A stretch of DNA of 64,000 bases, from contig JAGWVF010000001.1 of the NCBI GenBank assembly GCA_018971045.1, positions 75,480 through 139,479 on the forward strand, read 5' to 3'. The position numbers were made by a program, and so were the translations under genes. The notes beneath the pieces were generated by a model. It made no database searches and had not been told where the DNA came from. It saw only the letters and a list, made by a program, of their open reading frames with translations. The DNA comes from Patescibacteria group bacterium. Lineage in GTDB: Bacteria; Patescibacteriota; Minisyncoccia; Phycocordibacterales; Phycocordibacteraceae. This document shows positions 39,132 through 48,729 of the stretch, one piece after another (position 1 is the first letter of the stretch; each line of letters starts with the position of its first letter).

Positions 39132-39308
39132 ATGAAGGTATTTTTTGTTTTCTCCGCCCTCCTGACGCTCCTGGTGATTTCCGGGTGCATGATTGTTCCA
39201 CCGGCGCCAAATACGTGTTCGGTGATGATAGTACAGCGTGGCAACAATGTTGTTGCCACGCGGAATGGCCCCTGCGGCCATTCCTACTATATGCAGTGGG
39301 GCCGGTAA
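39132..39308 (+). CDS. small secreted Cys-containing lipoprotein/peptide (58 aa)
   Basis: MKVFFVFSALLTLLVISGC lipobox signal then MIVPPAPNTCSVMIVQRGNNVVATRNGPCGHSYYMQWGR; AAAGGAG RBS 8 nt upstream; below the ORF-track length cutoff. Confidence 0.4.
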   Translation: MKVFFVFSALLTLLVISGCMIVPPAPNTCSVMIVQRGNNVVATRNGPCGHSYYMQWGR

Positions 39309-39311
39309 ATC

Positions 39312-39355
39312 GCGCCCGTTTCCGCAAGGAAACGGGCGCGCACTCATTTTTGACG
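39312..39355 (+). terminator. rho-independent terminator
   Basis: gcgcccgtttcc-gcaa-ggaaacgggcgc perfect hairpin followed by a T run (ctcattttt). Confidence 0.55.
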
Positions 39356-39370
39356 GTACAATAAGCCGGT

Positions 39371-39805
39371 ATGGGAAAAGAAATCCAGACTCCTGCGGAT
39401 CTCGAGCTTGAAGCCAGACGTTTCGTGGAGTCGCTTGAACCCGGGGAGGCGGCGACCCTCATTACGCTCTCGGGAGAGCTTGGAGCAGGGAAAACCGCAT
39501 TTGTGAAGGCGGTCGCCCGCGCGCTTCAGATCGAGAGCGTAGTGACGAGCCCGACATTTGTTTTGGAAAAAATTTACAATCTTCCCGAAGACAAGCCTTT
39601 TAAACGCCTGATTCACATTGACGCCTACCGTCTTGAAAGCGGATCCGAACTCGCGCCGCTCGGTTTTGACGAGCTTCTTCGCGACCCGGGGAATTTAATA
39701 CTGCTTGAGTGGCCCGAGAAGGTGGCGGAGACGCTTCCCGCTCCTGCGGCGCGTATCTCTTTCCAACTGCTTCCAAATGGTTTCCGCGACGTTTCGTATG
39801 ATTAA
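39371..39805 (+). CDS. tsaE: tRNA t6A37 biosynthesis ATPase TsaE (YjeE)
   Basis: P-loop LSGELGAGKTAFVKAV, SPTFVL motif. Confidence 0.8.
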   Translation: MGKEIQTPADLELEARRFVESLEPGEAATLITLSGELGAGKTAFVKAVARALQIESVVTSPTFVLEKIYNLPEDKPFKRLIHIDAYRLESGSELAPLGFDELLRDPGNLILLEWPEKVAETLPAPAARISFQLLPNGFRDVSYD

Positions 39806-42188
39806 AAAATCTCTTACTAAAAAACGCATCGTCCTGCTCGATACGCACGCGATCATTCACCGCGCGTATCACGCCCTGCCTGAATTCACGGGTCCCGACG
39901 GCGCGCCCACCGGCGCGCTCTACGGCCTCGTGACGATGCTTCTCAAGATCATCGCCGATCTCAAACCAGACTATATCGCCGCGTGCTATGACCTGCCGAA
40001 GCCGACGATTCGCCACGAGGCGTACGACGGGTATAAAGCGACGCGCGTGAAGACGGAGGACGCGCTCGCGCTCCAGATCAACCAGTCGCGCAAGGTCTTT
40101 GAGGCGTTTTCAATACCCGTCTACGAGCGGGAAGGGTTTGAGGCGGATGATCTTCTCGGCACCATCGCGGGCAAGCTGCGCGCCGAAGGGGTCGACGTGA
40201 TCATCGCTTCCGGCGATATGGATACGCTTCAGCTCGTCGATGATGATCGAGTACGCGTGTACACTCTCAAAAAGGGAATGAACGACGCGATCCTCTATGA
40301 CGAGAAGGCGGTGATCGAACGATTCGGCTTCGGCCCCGCGCTCATTCCCGACTGGAAAGGATTGCGCGGCGACCCCTCGGACAACATCAAGGGAATTCCC
40401 GGTATCGGCGAGAAGACAGCGACCGAACTCATTACGGCTTTCGGTTCGATTGAAAAAATATACGCCGCGCTTCGGAAGAAAAACGGTGAAGCGATCTTTT
40501 TGAAAAAAGGAATAAAGGCGCGGATGATTGCGCTCCTTCAAGAGCATGAAGAGGACGCGCGTTTCTCGAAGTCGCTTGCGACCATACGCCTCGACGCGCC
40601 TATCGCCTTTGCACTCCCTCAGCGCCCCTGGCAGGAAACAGTGATGACGTCGAAGGTGCTCTCGATGTGCGGTGAATTCGGCTTCCGATCGCTGCGCGAT
40701 CGGGTGCAGCGGATTCTCGCGAATAATCGCGGCGGCGAGATTGACGAGGAAGAAGCGCCGATACCCGACGCGGAGACCGTTGATCCGGCGGCGCTTGCCG
40801 AGGCGCAGGTGATGCTCTGGCTGATCTCGTCAGAATTTACCAATCCCTCGCTTGACGATATTCTCGCTTTTTCTAAAGAACGTACGTTTGAGGCGGCGCG
40901 GGCTGAACTGGAGAAGCAGTTGTCTGCTATGGGGCGGGTGCAGGACGTGTATCGCGATATCGAGAGGCCGCTCATACCGGTGGTGCGCCGTATGGAGGAA
41001 CGCGGAGTGCTGATTGATCCCGCGGCGCTCGACGATCTTGCCGTCACCTATCGTGCCGAGCTCGAGGCTATCGAGAAGCGCATCTACGCGGCCGCCGGAC
41101 ACGAGTTTAACGTGAGCTCGCCCAAACAGCTCGGCGACGTGCTTTTTGACGAGTTGCAGATTATTCCCGAGAAGCAGAAGAAGACGGCAGGCGGCCAGCG
41201 TTCGACCCGCGAGAGCGAACTGGAGAAGATCCGCGATAAGCATCCGATCGTCGCAGATATTCTGGAATACCGCGAGCTCAAGAAGCTCCTTTCAACCTAT
41301 ATCGAGAATCTGCCGCCGCTTCTCGACGCCCGCCATCGGCTCCATGCGGAGTTTCTTCAGACCGGCACCACGACCGGGCGCATGGCGAGCCAGAATCCCA
41401 ATCTCCAAAATATCCCGCTTCACTCTGAGCGCGGACGCGCGATCCGCCACGCGTTCATCGCTTCACCGGACTTCTCGCTTGTCGGACTCGATTATTCGCA
41501 GATCGAACTGCGGCTCGCGGCGATTCTCTCGGGCGACGAGAAGCTCTGCGCGATTTTCAAAAGCGGACGCGACGTGCACGCCGAGGTCGCGTCGTTTGTC
41601 TTTCATGTGCCGCCTGAACAGATCGATCTCGAGATGCGCCGCCGCGCGAAGGTGATTAACTTCGGCATTCTCTACGGAATGGGAGTGAATGCGCTTCGAG
41701 CGGAGCTCGGTTCGACGACGGCCGAGGCGCATCGGTATCTCGAGGAGTATTTCACGACCTTTAAGACATTGTCCGAATATTTGGAGAGCACGCGCGGCTT
41801 CGCGCGGAAGCACGGCTACACCGAGACGCTCTTCGGCCGCCGCCGGCAATTTCCGGAGATGAAGTCGTCGCTCCCGTACGTCAGGGCGCAGGCCGAGCGG
41901 ATGGCGATCAATGCGCCTCTGCAGGGCACTCAAGCGGATATCATCAAGCTGGCGATGGTGCGCGTGGACGACATGCTTAAAAAAGAACAGGCCGATAACG
42001 ACGCCTATCTGCTTCTGCAGGTGCACGACGAGCTCGTCTATGAGATTCGCCGTTCGCGCGCGAGCGATTTGGGCTCGAAGATACGGCGAATTATGGAGAC
42101 GATCCTCTCGAGAGAGGAGACGCGCGCGGTTCCGATTATTGCGAAGATAAAGATCGGTCCCGACTGGGGTTCGATGCACGAGGCATGA
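39798..42188 (+). CDS. polA: DNA polymerase I (5'-3' exonuclease + polymerase domains)
   Basis: 5'-nuclease N-terminus (VLLDTHAIIHRAYHAL), polymerase motifs A/B/C (DYSQIELR, RRAKVINFGILYGMG, LLQVHDELVYE); ATGA-type overlap with tsaE. Confidence 0.9.
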   Translation: MIKKSLTKKRIVLLDTHAIIHRAYHALPEFTGPDGAPTGALYGLVTMLLKIIADLKPDYIAACYDLPKPTIRHEAYDGYKATRVKTEDALALQINQSRKVFEAFSIPVYEREGFEADDLLGTIAGKLRAEGVDVIIASGDMDTLQLVDDDRVRVYTLKKGMNDAILYDEKAVIERFGFGPALIPDWKGLRGDPSDNIKGIPGIGEKTATELITAFGSIEKIYAALRKKNGEAIFLKKGIKARMIALLQEHEEDARFSKSLATIRLDAPIAFALPQRPWQETVMTSKVLSMCGEFGFRSLRDRVQRILANNRGGEIDEEEAPIPDAETVDPAALAEAQVMLWLISSEFTNPSLDDILAFSKERTFEAARAELEKQLSAMGRVQDVYRDIERPLIPVVRRMEERGVLIDPAALDDLAVTYRAELEAIEKRIYAAAGHEFNVSSPKQLGDVLFDELQIIPEKQKKTAGGQRSTRESELEKIRDKHPIVADILEYRELKKLLSTYIENLPPLLDARHRLHAEFLQTGTTTGRMASQNPNLQNIPLHSERGRAIRHAFIASPDFSLVGLDYSQIELRLAAILSGDEKLCAIFKSGRDVHAEVASFVFHVPPEQIDLEMRRRAKVINFGILYGMGVNALRAELGSTTAEAHRYLEEYFTTFKTLSEYLESTRGFARKHGYTETLFGRRRQFPEMKSSLPYVRAQAERMAINAPLQGTQADIIKLAMVRVDDMLKKEQADNDAYLLLQVHDELVYEIRRSRASDLGSKIRRIMETILSREETRAVPIIAKIKIGPDWGSMHEA

Positions 42189-42874
42189 TCTATTTCTTTC
42201 ACGGATCGGATAGTGAAAAAGTGCGAACTAAGGCGTTTGCATGGGTCGCGGTAGCGCGCGCGAAAGAGCCGAATCTGGTGTATTCGCGCTTGGCGCGCGA
42301 GGATCTCTCGCCGGCGGTACTTCAGGAAACGGCGGCGTCAGGCGGACTTTTTGTGAATCGGCTCCTCATTCTGCTTGATGAGCCGTTTCCCCAAAATGTG
42401 GATTTCGTACACCCACAATATGATGAAGGGAGTGCGAAGTCCGGAAGCGTTGTTGAAGAGTACCTTGACCTGCTCGCCGAATCAGACAACGTATTCATTA
42501 TCCTCGCTCCCCGGCTCGCGGCGGCAAAGGCTAAGAGCGTGAGCGCGAAAGCAAAGAAGGTTTACGAATACGCGAAGACCGAGCGCGATGAATCGCGAGG
42601 ATTTAACAGCGCGCTCGTAAACGCGCTTGCGGCGCGAGAGAGGGAAAGGTTCTGGCTCGAGCTCATGCGCGCGCTTCGGGCGGGGGACGCGCCCGAGATG
42701 CTTCACGGCCTTCTTCATTGGAAAGCGCGCGATTTGATGGAGAAAGGCTCTCGCGCATATTCGAGAGCCGAGGCGCGCGCTCTCTCGCTCCGGCTTATCG
42801 ACCTCCTCCAATCCTCGCGCCGCGGCGGTCTCTCGCTCCCGCTCCTCCTCGAGCGCTTCGCTCTCTCGATCTGA
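42185..42874 (+). CDS. holA: DNA polymerase III delta subunit (HolA)-like
   Basis: N-terminus MIYFFHGSD... and overall helical pattern typical of HolA; weak similarity judged by eye. Confidence 0.45.
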   Translation: MIYFFHGSDSEKVRTKAFAWVAVARAKEPNLVYSRLAREDLSPAVLQETAASGGLFVNRLLILLDEPFPQNVDFVHPQYDEGSAKSGSVVEEYLDLLAESDNVFIILAPRLAAAKAKSVSAKAKKVYEYAKTERDESRGFNSALVNALAARERERFWLELMRALRAGDAPEMLHGLLHWKARDLMEKGSRAYSRAEARALSLRLIDLLQSSRRGGLSLPLLLERFALSI

Positions 42875-42877
42875 CTC

Positions 42878-42952
42878 GGTGCGCCCAGCAGGTTACGATC
42901 CTGCGACCTTCTCCTTAAAAGGGAGCTGCTCTACCAGCTGAGCTATGGGCGC
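42878..42952 (-). tRNA. tRNA-Lys (anticodon UUU)
   Basis: Minus-strand GCGCCCATAGCTCAGCTGGTAGAGCAGCTCCCTTTTAAGGAGAAGGTCGCAGGATCGTAACCTGCTGGGCGCACC: perfect 7-bp acceptor stem, 4-bp D stem, 5-bp T stem, anticodon loop CTTTTAA. Confidence 0.8.
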
Positions 42953-42986
42953 GTTCCTATACCGTACCCTTTCCAGAGGGTTTTTT

Positions 42987-43943
42987 CTAGTAGGTGAACG
43001 CGTCAACGGTATTCCCCTTGCTGTCGAGAAGCTTAACGACTTCGTTCTTTGTGCGCCACATCGAATTGTTGCGGCCGAGATAGACGCGCCAGACGGTTCC
43101 TTCAAAATCGGCGTCAGACTGGTGAGCATCGACGCAGCCATTGTAGTTGAGATACTTTACGATGAAGCTCTGGCACGCGCCCGACACGTTGACCGGCGGC
43201 GAGAGAGCTACCTGACACCGCGAGAGAGTATTCACGTAGTTGATGCACGCGGCATCGCGGATATAGCCGTTGCCGTAAAATGCGGATAACTCATCCGAAG
43301 GCGAGGGGCAGTTTTGCGGCAGGGAGGGGGAGAAATTTTGGAACGTGCTGAAATAGCCGATACATTTATTCTCTCGGAATGAGGCGCCGATGGGCGATTG
43401 GCCGGAGATAATGATCACGCGCTCGCCCGGGGAGAGCACGATATCCTGGACAGGATTCACGATGCCGGAGGTCGGTACCTCGGTCCCTTTCGGGATGACG
43501 ACCGCATTTCCGGTCGCTTCGCTCATAAGCGTCCATCCGGAGATGTCGACCGGTACGCCCGCGTCCTGGGCGACTGAAATAGTCAGATATTCATTTCGAG
43601 GATCCAGCGAGCCGGCGCCCGAGACGTAATGGCTCATCGAAACGCCGCTGCTATAGATGGAAGAGTTGCCGAAAGAGACGCCCTTAAGCATGGGTATGGA
43701 TCCCTTTGAACCTGCCGTGCCGATAGCCCCGCCGCCGTTTGAGGATCCGGGGAGTGAAATATTCGTGCCGCCGACCACAAAGGCTGAACGGGGAAGTTGA
43801 AGATAAGAACCGCCGCCAAGCTCCTGCGGTTGGGCAAGCGTCGGGCCGGTGAACGAGATCGGGCGCGTGGGGCCGCCGATCGCGATCCAAATGAGAAATA
43901 TGAACACGAATATTCCTAAGAAGAACCAGGCGTCGTGTTCCAT
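42987..43943 (-). CDS. membrane-anchored lamin-tail-domain (LTD)-containing protein
   Basis: N-terminal TM; ...DISGWTLMSEATGNAVVIPKGTEV...VLSPGERVIIISG resembles LTD motif; Cys-rich C-terminus. Confidence 0.45.
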   Translation of the reverse strand: MEHDAWFFLGIFVFIFLIWIAIGGPTRPISFTGPTLAQPQELGGGSYLQLPRSAFVVGGTNISLPGSSNGGGAIGTAGSKGSIPMLKGVSFGNSSIYSSGVSMSHYVSGAGSLDPRNEYLTISVAQDAGVPVDISGWTLMSEATGNAVVIPKGTEVPTSGIVNPVQDIVLSPGERVIIISGQSPIGASFRENKCIGYFSTFQNFSPSLPQNCPSPSDELSAFYGNGYIRDAACINYVNTLSRCQVALSPPVNVSGACQSFIVKYLNYNGCVDAHQSDADFEGTVWRVYLGRNNSMWRTKNEVVKLLDSKGNTVDAFTY

Positions 43944-43961
43944 ACGGGAATAGTAGCAAAT

Positions 43962-44504
43962 TTATTTGGAAGAGAGTGCCGCTTTCAGACGATTATCCTT
44001 GCCCGCGACCGTGTCGGGGACGGATTGAAGAGCTTTGCGCGCCTCCCGCTCGGTATAGCCGAGCGCGACGAGAGTGTCGAAGACCTCTCCGTCGGCGTTG
44101 TCGTGCGTGCGCGGCCCCACCTTGTCGGCGAGCTCGACCAGCATCTTTTCCGCGCTCTTTTTCCCGAGCCCGACCACTTTGGTGAGATAATCGAGATCGC
44201 GCTTTCCGATCGCGCCCTCGAGCGCCTCGCGCGGAGCGCGCCGGAGCGCGCCAAGAGCCGTTTTTGGCCCGACGCCGGCTACCGTCAAGAGGAGCTCGAA
44301 GAAATCGCGATCGCCGTCAGCGGGGAAGCCGTAGAGTTCGAGCCCGTCCTGTTTAAGCGCGAGGTGCGTCGCAAGGGTCGCTTCACTCCCGATCGAGAGC
44401 GCCTCGGGAGCGCTCATCCGCACCTCAATGCCGAAGCCGGCCGCCTCGATAGTGGCACTCGCTGGCCCCACCGAGAGCACCTTCCCGCGAATCTGGCGAA
44501 TCAT
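43962..44504 (-). CDS. ruvA: Holliday junction DNA helicase subunit RuvA
   Basis: MIRQIRGKVL... OB-fold, HhH motifs (VAGVGPKTALGAL), C-terminal domain III. Confidence 0.85.
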   Translation of the reverse strand: MIRQIRGKVLSVGPASATIEAAGFGIEVRMSAPEALSIGSEATLATHLALKQDGLELYGFPADGDRDFFELLLTVAGVGPKTALGALRRAPREALEGAIGKRDLDYLTKVVGLGKKSAEKMLVELADKVGPRTHDNADGEVFDTLVALGYTEREARKALQSVPDTVAGKDNRLKAALSSK

Positions 44505-44558
44505 GAGATTATCGTACCATCCTTGCGCGGATCGGCTGAGTACAGTAGATTGAGCGCT

Positions 44559-44828
44559 ATGGCTATCACCCGTTCAGCGAAGAAGGCGGCGCGCTCCTCG
44601 GCGCGCAAGCGCGTCTTTAACCTGCGCCGGAAAGACGCTCTGCGCGACACGACGAAGCTCCTCACCAAGGCGCTCGCGAAGAAGGATGTCGCCGGAGCGG
44701 AAAAACTCCTCCCGGCCGCCTATCAGGCGATCGACAAAGCGAAGAAGCGCGGGGTCATCAAGGCGAATACCGCCGATCGTAAAAAGTCTCGGCTTACCGC
44801 CGCGATCACTCGCGCCAAGGCGCTCTAG
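44559..44828 (+). CDS. rpsT: 30S ribosomal protein S20
   Basis: MAITRSAKKAARSSARKRVFNLRRKDALRDTTKLL...AITRAKAL; start moved to MAITRS (the rest of the 297-aa ORF is antisense to ruvA). Confidence 0.85.
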   Translation: MAITRSAKKAARSSARKRVFNLRRKDALRDTTKLLTKALAKKDVAGAEKLLPAAYQAIDKAKKRGVIKANTADRKKSRLTAAITRAKAL

Positions 44829-45416
44829 AAAGAGGTGCCCCCGCTCGGTCTCGACCCTAGCACAGTGAGACCCTGCAAGGGTTCTTTGGCGACTTTCAGA
44901 ATAGCACAGCGAAGCCTCTCGGTCAGGGGTCTGCGCCCCGGATTATGACAAACCGAACACAAAAGCGAACTTTCGCAGTGTTCGCTTCCTGTTCGCCTTT
45001 CTTCAAAACAGCAAGAGGATAAAAGGCAATCTACGCAAACACGCCCATTGTTGCAGCCGCGGCTTATCCACACCACCAGCTTGCTCGCATACGCTGCGCC
45101 AATAGTCACAGACCGGTACAATGTAAGTACGCGAGTCCGGAAGGCAAACCCTGAAAGACATCGGCGACCGATTGCAAAGGCAAATGCAGTCGTTGAACGG
45201 AACAGAAGACTCGACGGACAGCCTCTTAGAGAATTCCCGTTCAAGCGAATCTAAGAAACAGAGTACGGCAACCCCGGAATCTAGAACTTCTTACCTTCGA
45301 GCCGGATCTCCCACGCCACAAGGCTAAGGATCCAAGCAAAAGCATTAGCGTCTGCGAGTATAGCGAGATCGCTCTGCACTCCTGCTTGGTTTTTCTTATG
45401 TACCTAACAACTGAAT

Positions 45417-46742
45417 ATGACAAAGCACGATCTAAAGATAGAGTACGTGGCGCTCTCCTCCCTCCGCCACCCTGAACGAAATCCTCGCATATGGTCGAAG
45501 GAGGCGACCGCACAACTCAAAGAAAGTATCGAACAAAACGGAATCGTTGACCCGCTCATCGTGAACAATGCGCCAGAGAGAAAAGGAATCATCGTCGGTG
45601 GAAATTTTCGCGCAGAGGTCTTGAAAGAAATGGGGTATGACACGGTGCCGGTCGTATACGTGAATATCCCTGATCCCGCGAAAGAAGCTGCTCTCATAAT
45701 CCGCCTCAATAAGAACACTGGGGACTGGGATCTCAACTTGCTTGCTGAATTCGATTCCTTTCTACTCTCTGGCATTGGATTCACCTCCGAAGAACTGGAT
45801 GGGATATTTCCAGCTGAGGAGAATCCTGAGGTGTTCGACCTCCAGCGCGAACTCGCCAAACTCGAAATTACGAATGTCGATATCAAGCCCGGCGACAAGT
45901 TCGCATTCGGCGATTCATTCGTACGGTGCGGCGACAGCATGAGTGAAGCAGACATGCTCGCGCTCATGGGTGGCGAGCAGGCGGATATGGTGTGCACAGA
46001 TCCTCCGTACATACTTGATTATCTCAAAGGGAAAAAGAAGCAGGATGGCAAGGTGACTGAAGGATTCGGTCTGAAACGTGATCGCATCTATCTCGGCACA
46101 ACATCGCTCCCAGACAATTTCAGCGACCTATGGATGGCAGCCGTGGCGAAAGTGCAGAAGCCAGACTTCTCGATTCTCATCTTCGAGCACCCCAAGAACC
46201 TGAAGACCATCTGGACCGCGCTTGAGAAGCATTGGAAGTACCGCAACACCATCACCTGGCACGTCCCGAATCGCGTCCAAGGATTCGCAGCTAAGCACAA
46301 GTTCTTTAACAAACAGGATATTGCTCTTGTGGGCACGGGCGGCGAAGTATCGCTCAATCTCGAAGCCGAGGACGAGTTGTTCCAGAACGAGTACGAGAAT
46401 GCGATTTATGCCACTTCGGGCAAACCGCACTTCGAGTCGTACGAGAAGGGCAAGAAAATCTGCCCCACAGACTTCATTGAACATATCGCTGCCGATGCAA
46501 AATCCTCGGGCCAAAGCATTATCTTCGGCACGAAACCAATCGAGCTACTCATCCCGTACATCAAGGTGCTCACAAAGCGTGGCGACATCGTACTTGAGCC
46601 ATTTGGGGGTAGTGGTTCAAGTGCCGTGGCCGCATGGAAGCTCGGCCGACGATTTTTCCTGATGGAAAAATCGCCCGTGTACACGGCTGTCATCTTGAAA
46701 AGGCTCGAGAAGGTTACCGGCATCAAGCACAAGAAGGTATGA
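45417..46742 (+). CDS. ParB-like nuclease domain fused to N6-adenine/N4-cytosine DNA methyltransferase (phage-type)
   Basis: N-terminal ParB motif (GIVDPLIVNN, GGNFRAEV); MTase motif IV TDPPY and motif I EPFGGSGSS. Confidence 0.8.
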   Translation: MTKHDLKIEYVALSSLRHPERNPRIWSKEATAQLKESIEQNGIVDPLIVNNAPERKGIIVGGNFRAEVLKEMGYDTVPVVYVNIPDPAKEAALIIRLNKNTGDWDLNLLAEFDSFLLSGIGFTSEELDGIFPAEENPEVFDLQRELAKLEITNVDIKPGDKFAFGDSFVRCGDSMSEADMLALMGGEQADMVCTDPPYILDYLKGKKKQDGKVTEGFGLKRDRIYLGTTSLPDNFSDLWMAAVAKVQKPDFSILIFEHPKNLKTIWTALEKHWKYRNTITWHVPNRVQGFAAKHKFFNKQDIALVGTGGEVSLNLEAEDELFQNEYENAIYATSGKPHFESYEKGKKICPTDFIEHIAADAKSSGQSIIFGTKPIELLIPYIKVLTKRGDIVLEPFGGSGSSAVAAWKLGRRFFLMEKSPVYTAVILKRLEKVTGIKHKKV

Positions 46743-47128
46743 GAGGTGCGCACTGCAAGAAGATCCTCATCGAGGAGCTTAAGAAGAAGCCCGTTGTTGA
46801 GGCGGCGTGCCTGAAAGCAGGTGTCGGCAGAACCGCCTTCTACGATTGGAAAAAGAAGGACCCGAAATTTGCAAAAGCCGTTGAGCTGGCACTTCAATTC
46901 GGCAAGGACTTTGTCTCGGACATCGCCGAAATGCAACTCCTGAATGCCATAAAGTCGGGAGACTTTCGAGCTCTCGCTCTGTGGCTTAAGACGCATAAAA
47001 AGGAATACGGAAACCGGATGGAAATCGAAGGCGCACTCACCCTCATCGAGGAACTATCACCTGAAAAGAAAGAGGTCGTAAAAAGATCGCTCGCTCTAGC
47101 AAACCTAACTCTCAACAACCATGAATAA
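46739..47128 (+). CDS. phage terminase small subunit (HTH type)
   Basis: CLKAGVGRTAFYDWKKKDPKFAKAVELA HTH signature common in TerS proteins; ATGA overlap upstream and 8-nt overlap with TerL. Confidence 0.5.
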   Translation: MRGAHCKKILIEELKKKPVVEAACLKAGVGRTAFYDWKKKDPKFAKAVELALQFGKDFVSDIAEMQLLNAIKSGDFRALALWLKTHKKEYGNRMEIEGALTLIEELSPEKKEVVKRSLALANLTLNNHE

Positions 47129-48668
47129 CGACACTGCAAAGAAACCGTTAGACGATGACTCTTTGGACGCCGTATTGAACGACCGCGCCGTACGGCAAGC
47201 CGTCACGCGAGAGAGCCATCTGATGTTCTTTCATCTGTACTTCCCGCACTACGTGAAGTATGCGATTGCGGAATTTCAGAAAGATATCTTCCGCATCACA
47301 GAGGATTTGTCGAACCGTCTCGCCTGTATCGTTGCATTCAGAGGATCCGGCAAGTCGACTCTTGTGACCTTCTCGTATTCACTCTGGGCGATTCTCGGCA
47401 TCCAGCAGAAACGTTTCGTGCTCATCATCTGCCAGACCCAAGCACAGGCACGACAGCATATGAGCAACCTGAAATATGAGCTTGAACATAACGCACTGCT
47501 CAAGAGCGACCTCGGACCCTTCCGCGAGGATCAGACAAGCGGCGACTGGGCGATGTCATCGCTCGTCTTCCAGAACACGGGTGCTCGCATCATGATCGCA
47601 TCGGTGGATCAGAGTATTCGCGGTATCCGTCATCGAGAGTACCGACCTGACCTCATGATTCTCGACGATATCGAGGACATGCAGTCGGCAAAGACCATGG
47701 ACAGTCGTGCGAAGCTCTTCGATTGGTTCACCCGCGAGGTCGTGCCGCTTGGCGATGTTGGAACGCGCATCATCATTGTCGGGAACTTGCTCCATGAGGA
47801 CGCGCTCGTGATGAAGCTGCGGCGGTTGATAGACAAGAAAGAACTCAAAGGCGTGTACCGCTGGTTTCCATTCCTCGATGAATTTGGCGGCTCGATGTGG
47901 CCGGGCAAGTTCGATACCAAGGAGAAGATAGAGGAACTGCAGCAGAGCGTCGCAAATGAACTTGCATGGCGGCAGGAGTACCTCCTTGAGATTGTCTCTG
48001 ACGCAACGCGCGTCATTCATCCCGAGTGGATCCATCACTACAAGAAAATGCCCGCGACCACTGCTGCCAATGTCTACCGCGAGGCATACATCGGCATGGA
48101 CTTGGCGATCTCAGAACGGGAGAAGGCGGACAAGACCGCCATGGTCGTCGGACGGGTATTCGGCTGGGGTACCGATATGCGCATATACATTCAACCGAAT
48201 CCTGTGAACGAGAGGATGGACTTCCCGACGTCGCTTGAGAAAGCAAAGGTTCTGTCATCGACGCTTGATAACGGCAGGAAGGCGAAGATGTATATCGAGG
48301 ACAATATGTATCAGCGCGCTCTACCGCAGATGCTACAACTCGCCGGATATCCTGCCTTCGGTGTTGTGTCGCTCGGAGACAAGCGGTCGCGTATCGCGCT
48401 CATCAGCCACCTCATCAAGCAAGGCGTCGTCCTATTCCCCGAGACTGGGTGCGAGGAGATGATCTCTCAACTCACTGACCTCGGCAGAGAGCCGCATGAT
48501 GACTTGGCGGATGCCCTCGCGCTTCTCGTGTCAGAAGTGTCGAAATTGAATCAGGTGTATCAGCCATTTCCTGACCCGAGCAGATACTGGTCGAAAGAGC
48601 CCGGTGAGGAAGACGGTCTTGATAACAGCTACCCGATTACGAGAGGTATGAGAGACATGATTTTTTAG
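47121..48668 (+). CDS. phage terminase large subunit
   Basis: Walker A AFRGSGKST, Walker B MILDDIED, C-terminal RNaseH-like nuclease region (IGMDLA, ...DD); 515 aa. Confidence 0.8.
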   Translation: MNNDTAKKPLDDDSLDAVLNDRAVRQAVTRESHLMFFHLYFPHYVKYAIAEFQKDIFRITEDLSNRLACIVAFRGSGKSTLVTFSYSLWAILGIQQKRFVLIICQTQAQARQHMSNLKYELEHNALLKSDLGPFREDQTSGDWAMSSLVFQNTGARIMIASVDQSIRGIRHREYRPDLMILDDIEDMQSAKTMDSRAKLFDWFTREVVPLGDVGTRIIIVGNLLHEDALVMKLRRLIDKKELKGVYRWFPFLDEFGGSMWPGKFDTKEKIEELQQSVANELAWRQEYLLEIVSDATRVIHPEWIHHYKKMPATTAANVYREAYIGMDLAISEREKADKTAMVVGRVFGWGTDMRIYIQPNPVNERMDFPTSLEKAKVLSSTLDNGRKAKMYIEDNMYQRALPQMLQLAGYPAFGVVSLGDKRSRIALISHLIKQGVVLFPETGCEEMISQLTDLGREPHDDLADALALLVSEVSKLNQVYQPFPDPSRYWSKEPGEEDGLDNSYPITRGMRDMIF

Positions 48669-48695
48669 AAAAAATCATGTTTCTATCCAACGCAA

Positions 48696-48727
48696 AAAGC
48701 TCGTAGATACCTGCGAGCTTTTTCGTC
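48696..48727. terminator. bidirectional rho-independent terminator between convergent genes
   Basis: aaaaagctcg-tagatacctg-cgagcttttt hairpin flanked by A/T runs on both sides. Confidence 0.5.
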
Positions 48728-48729
48728 CA

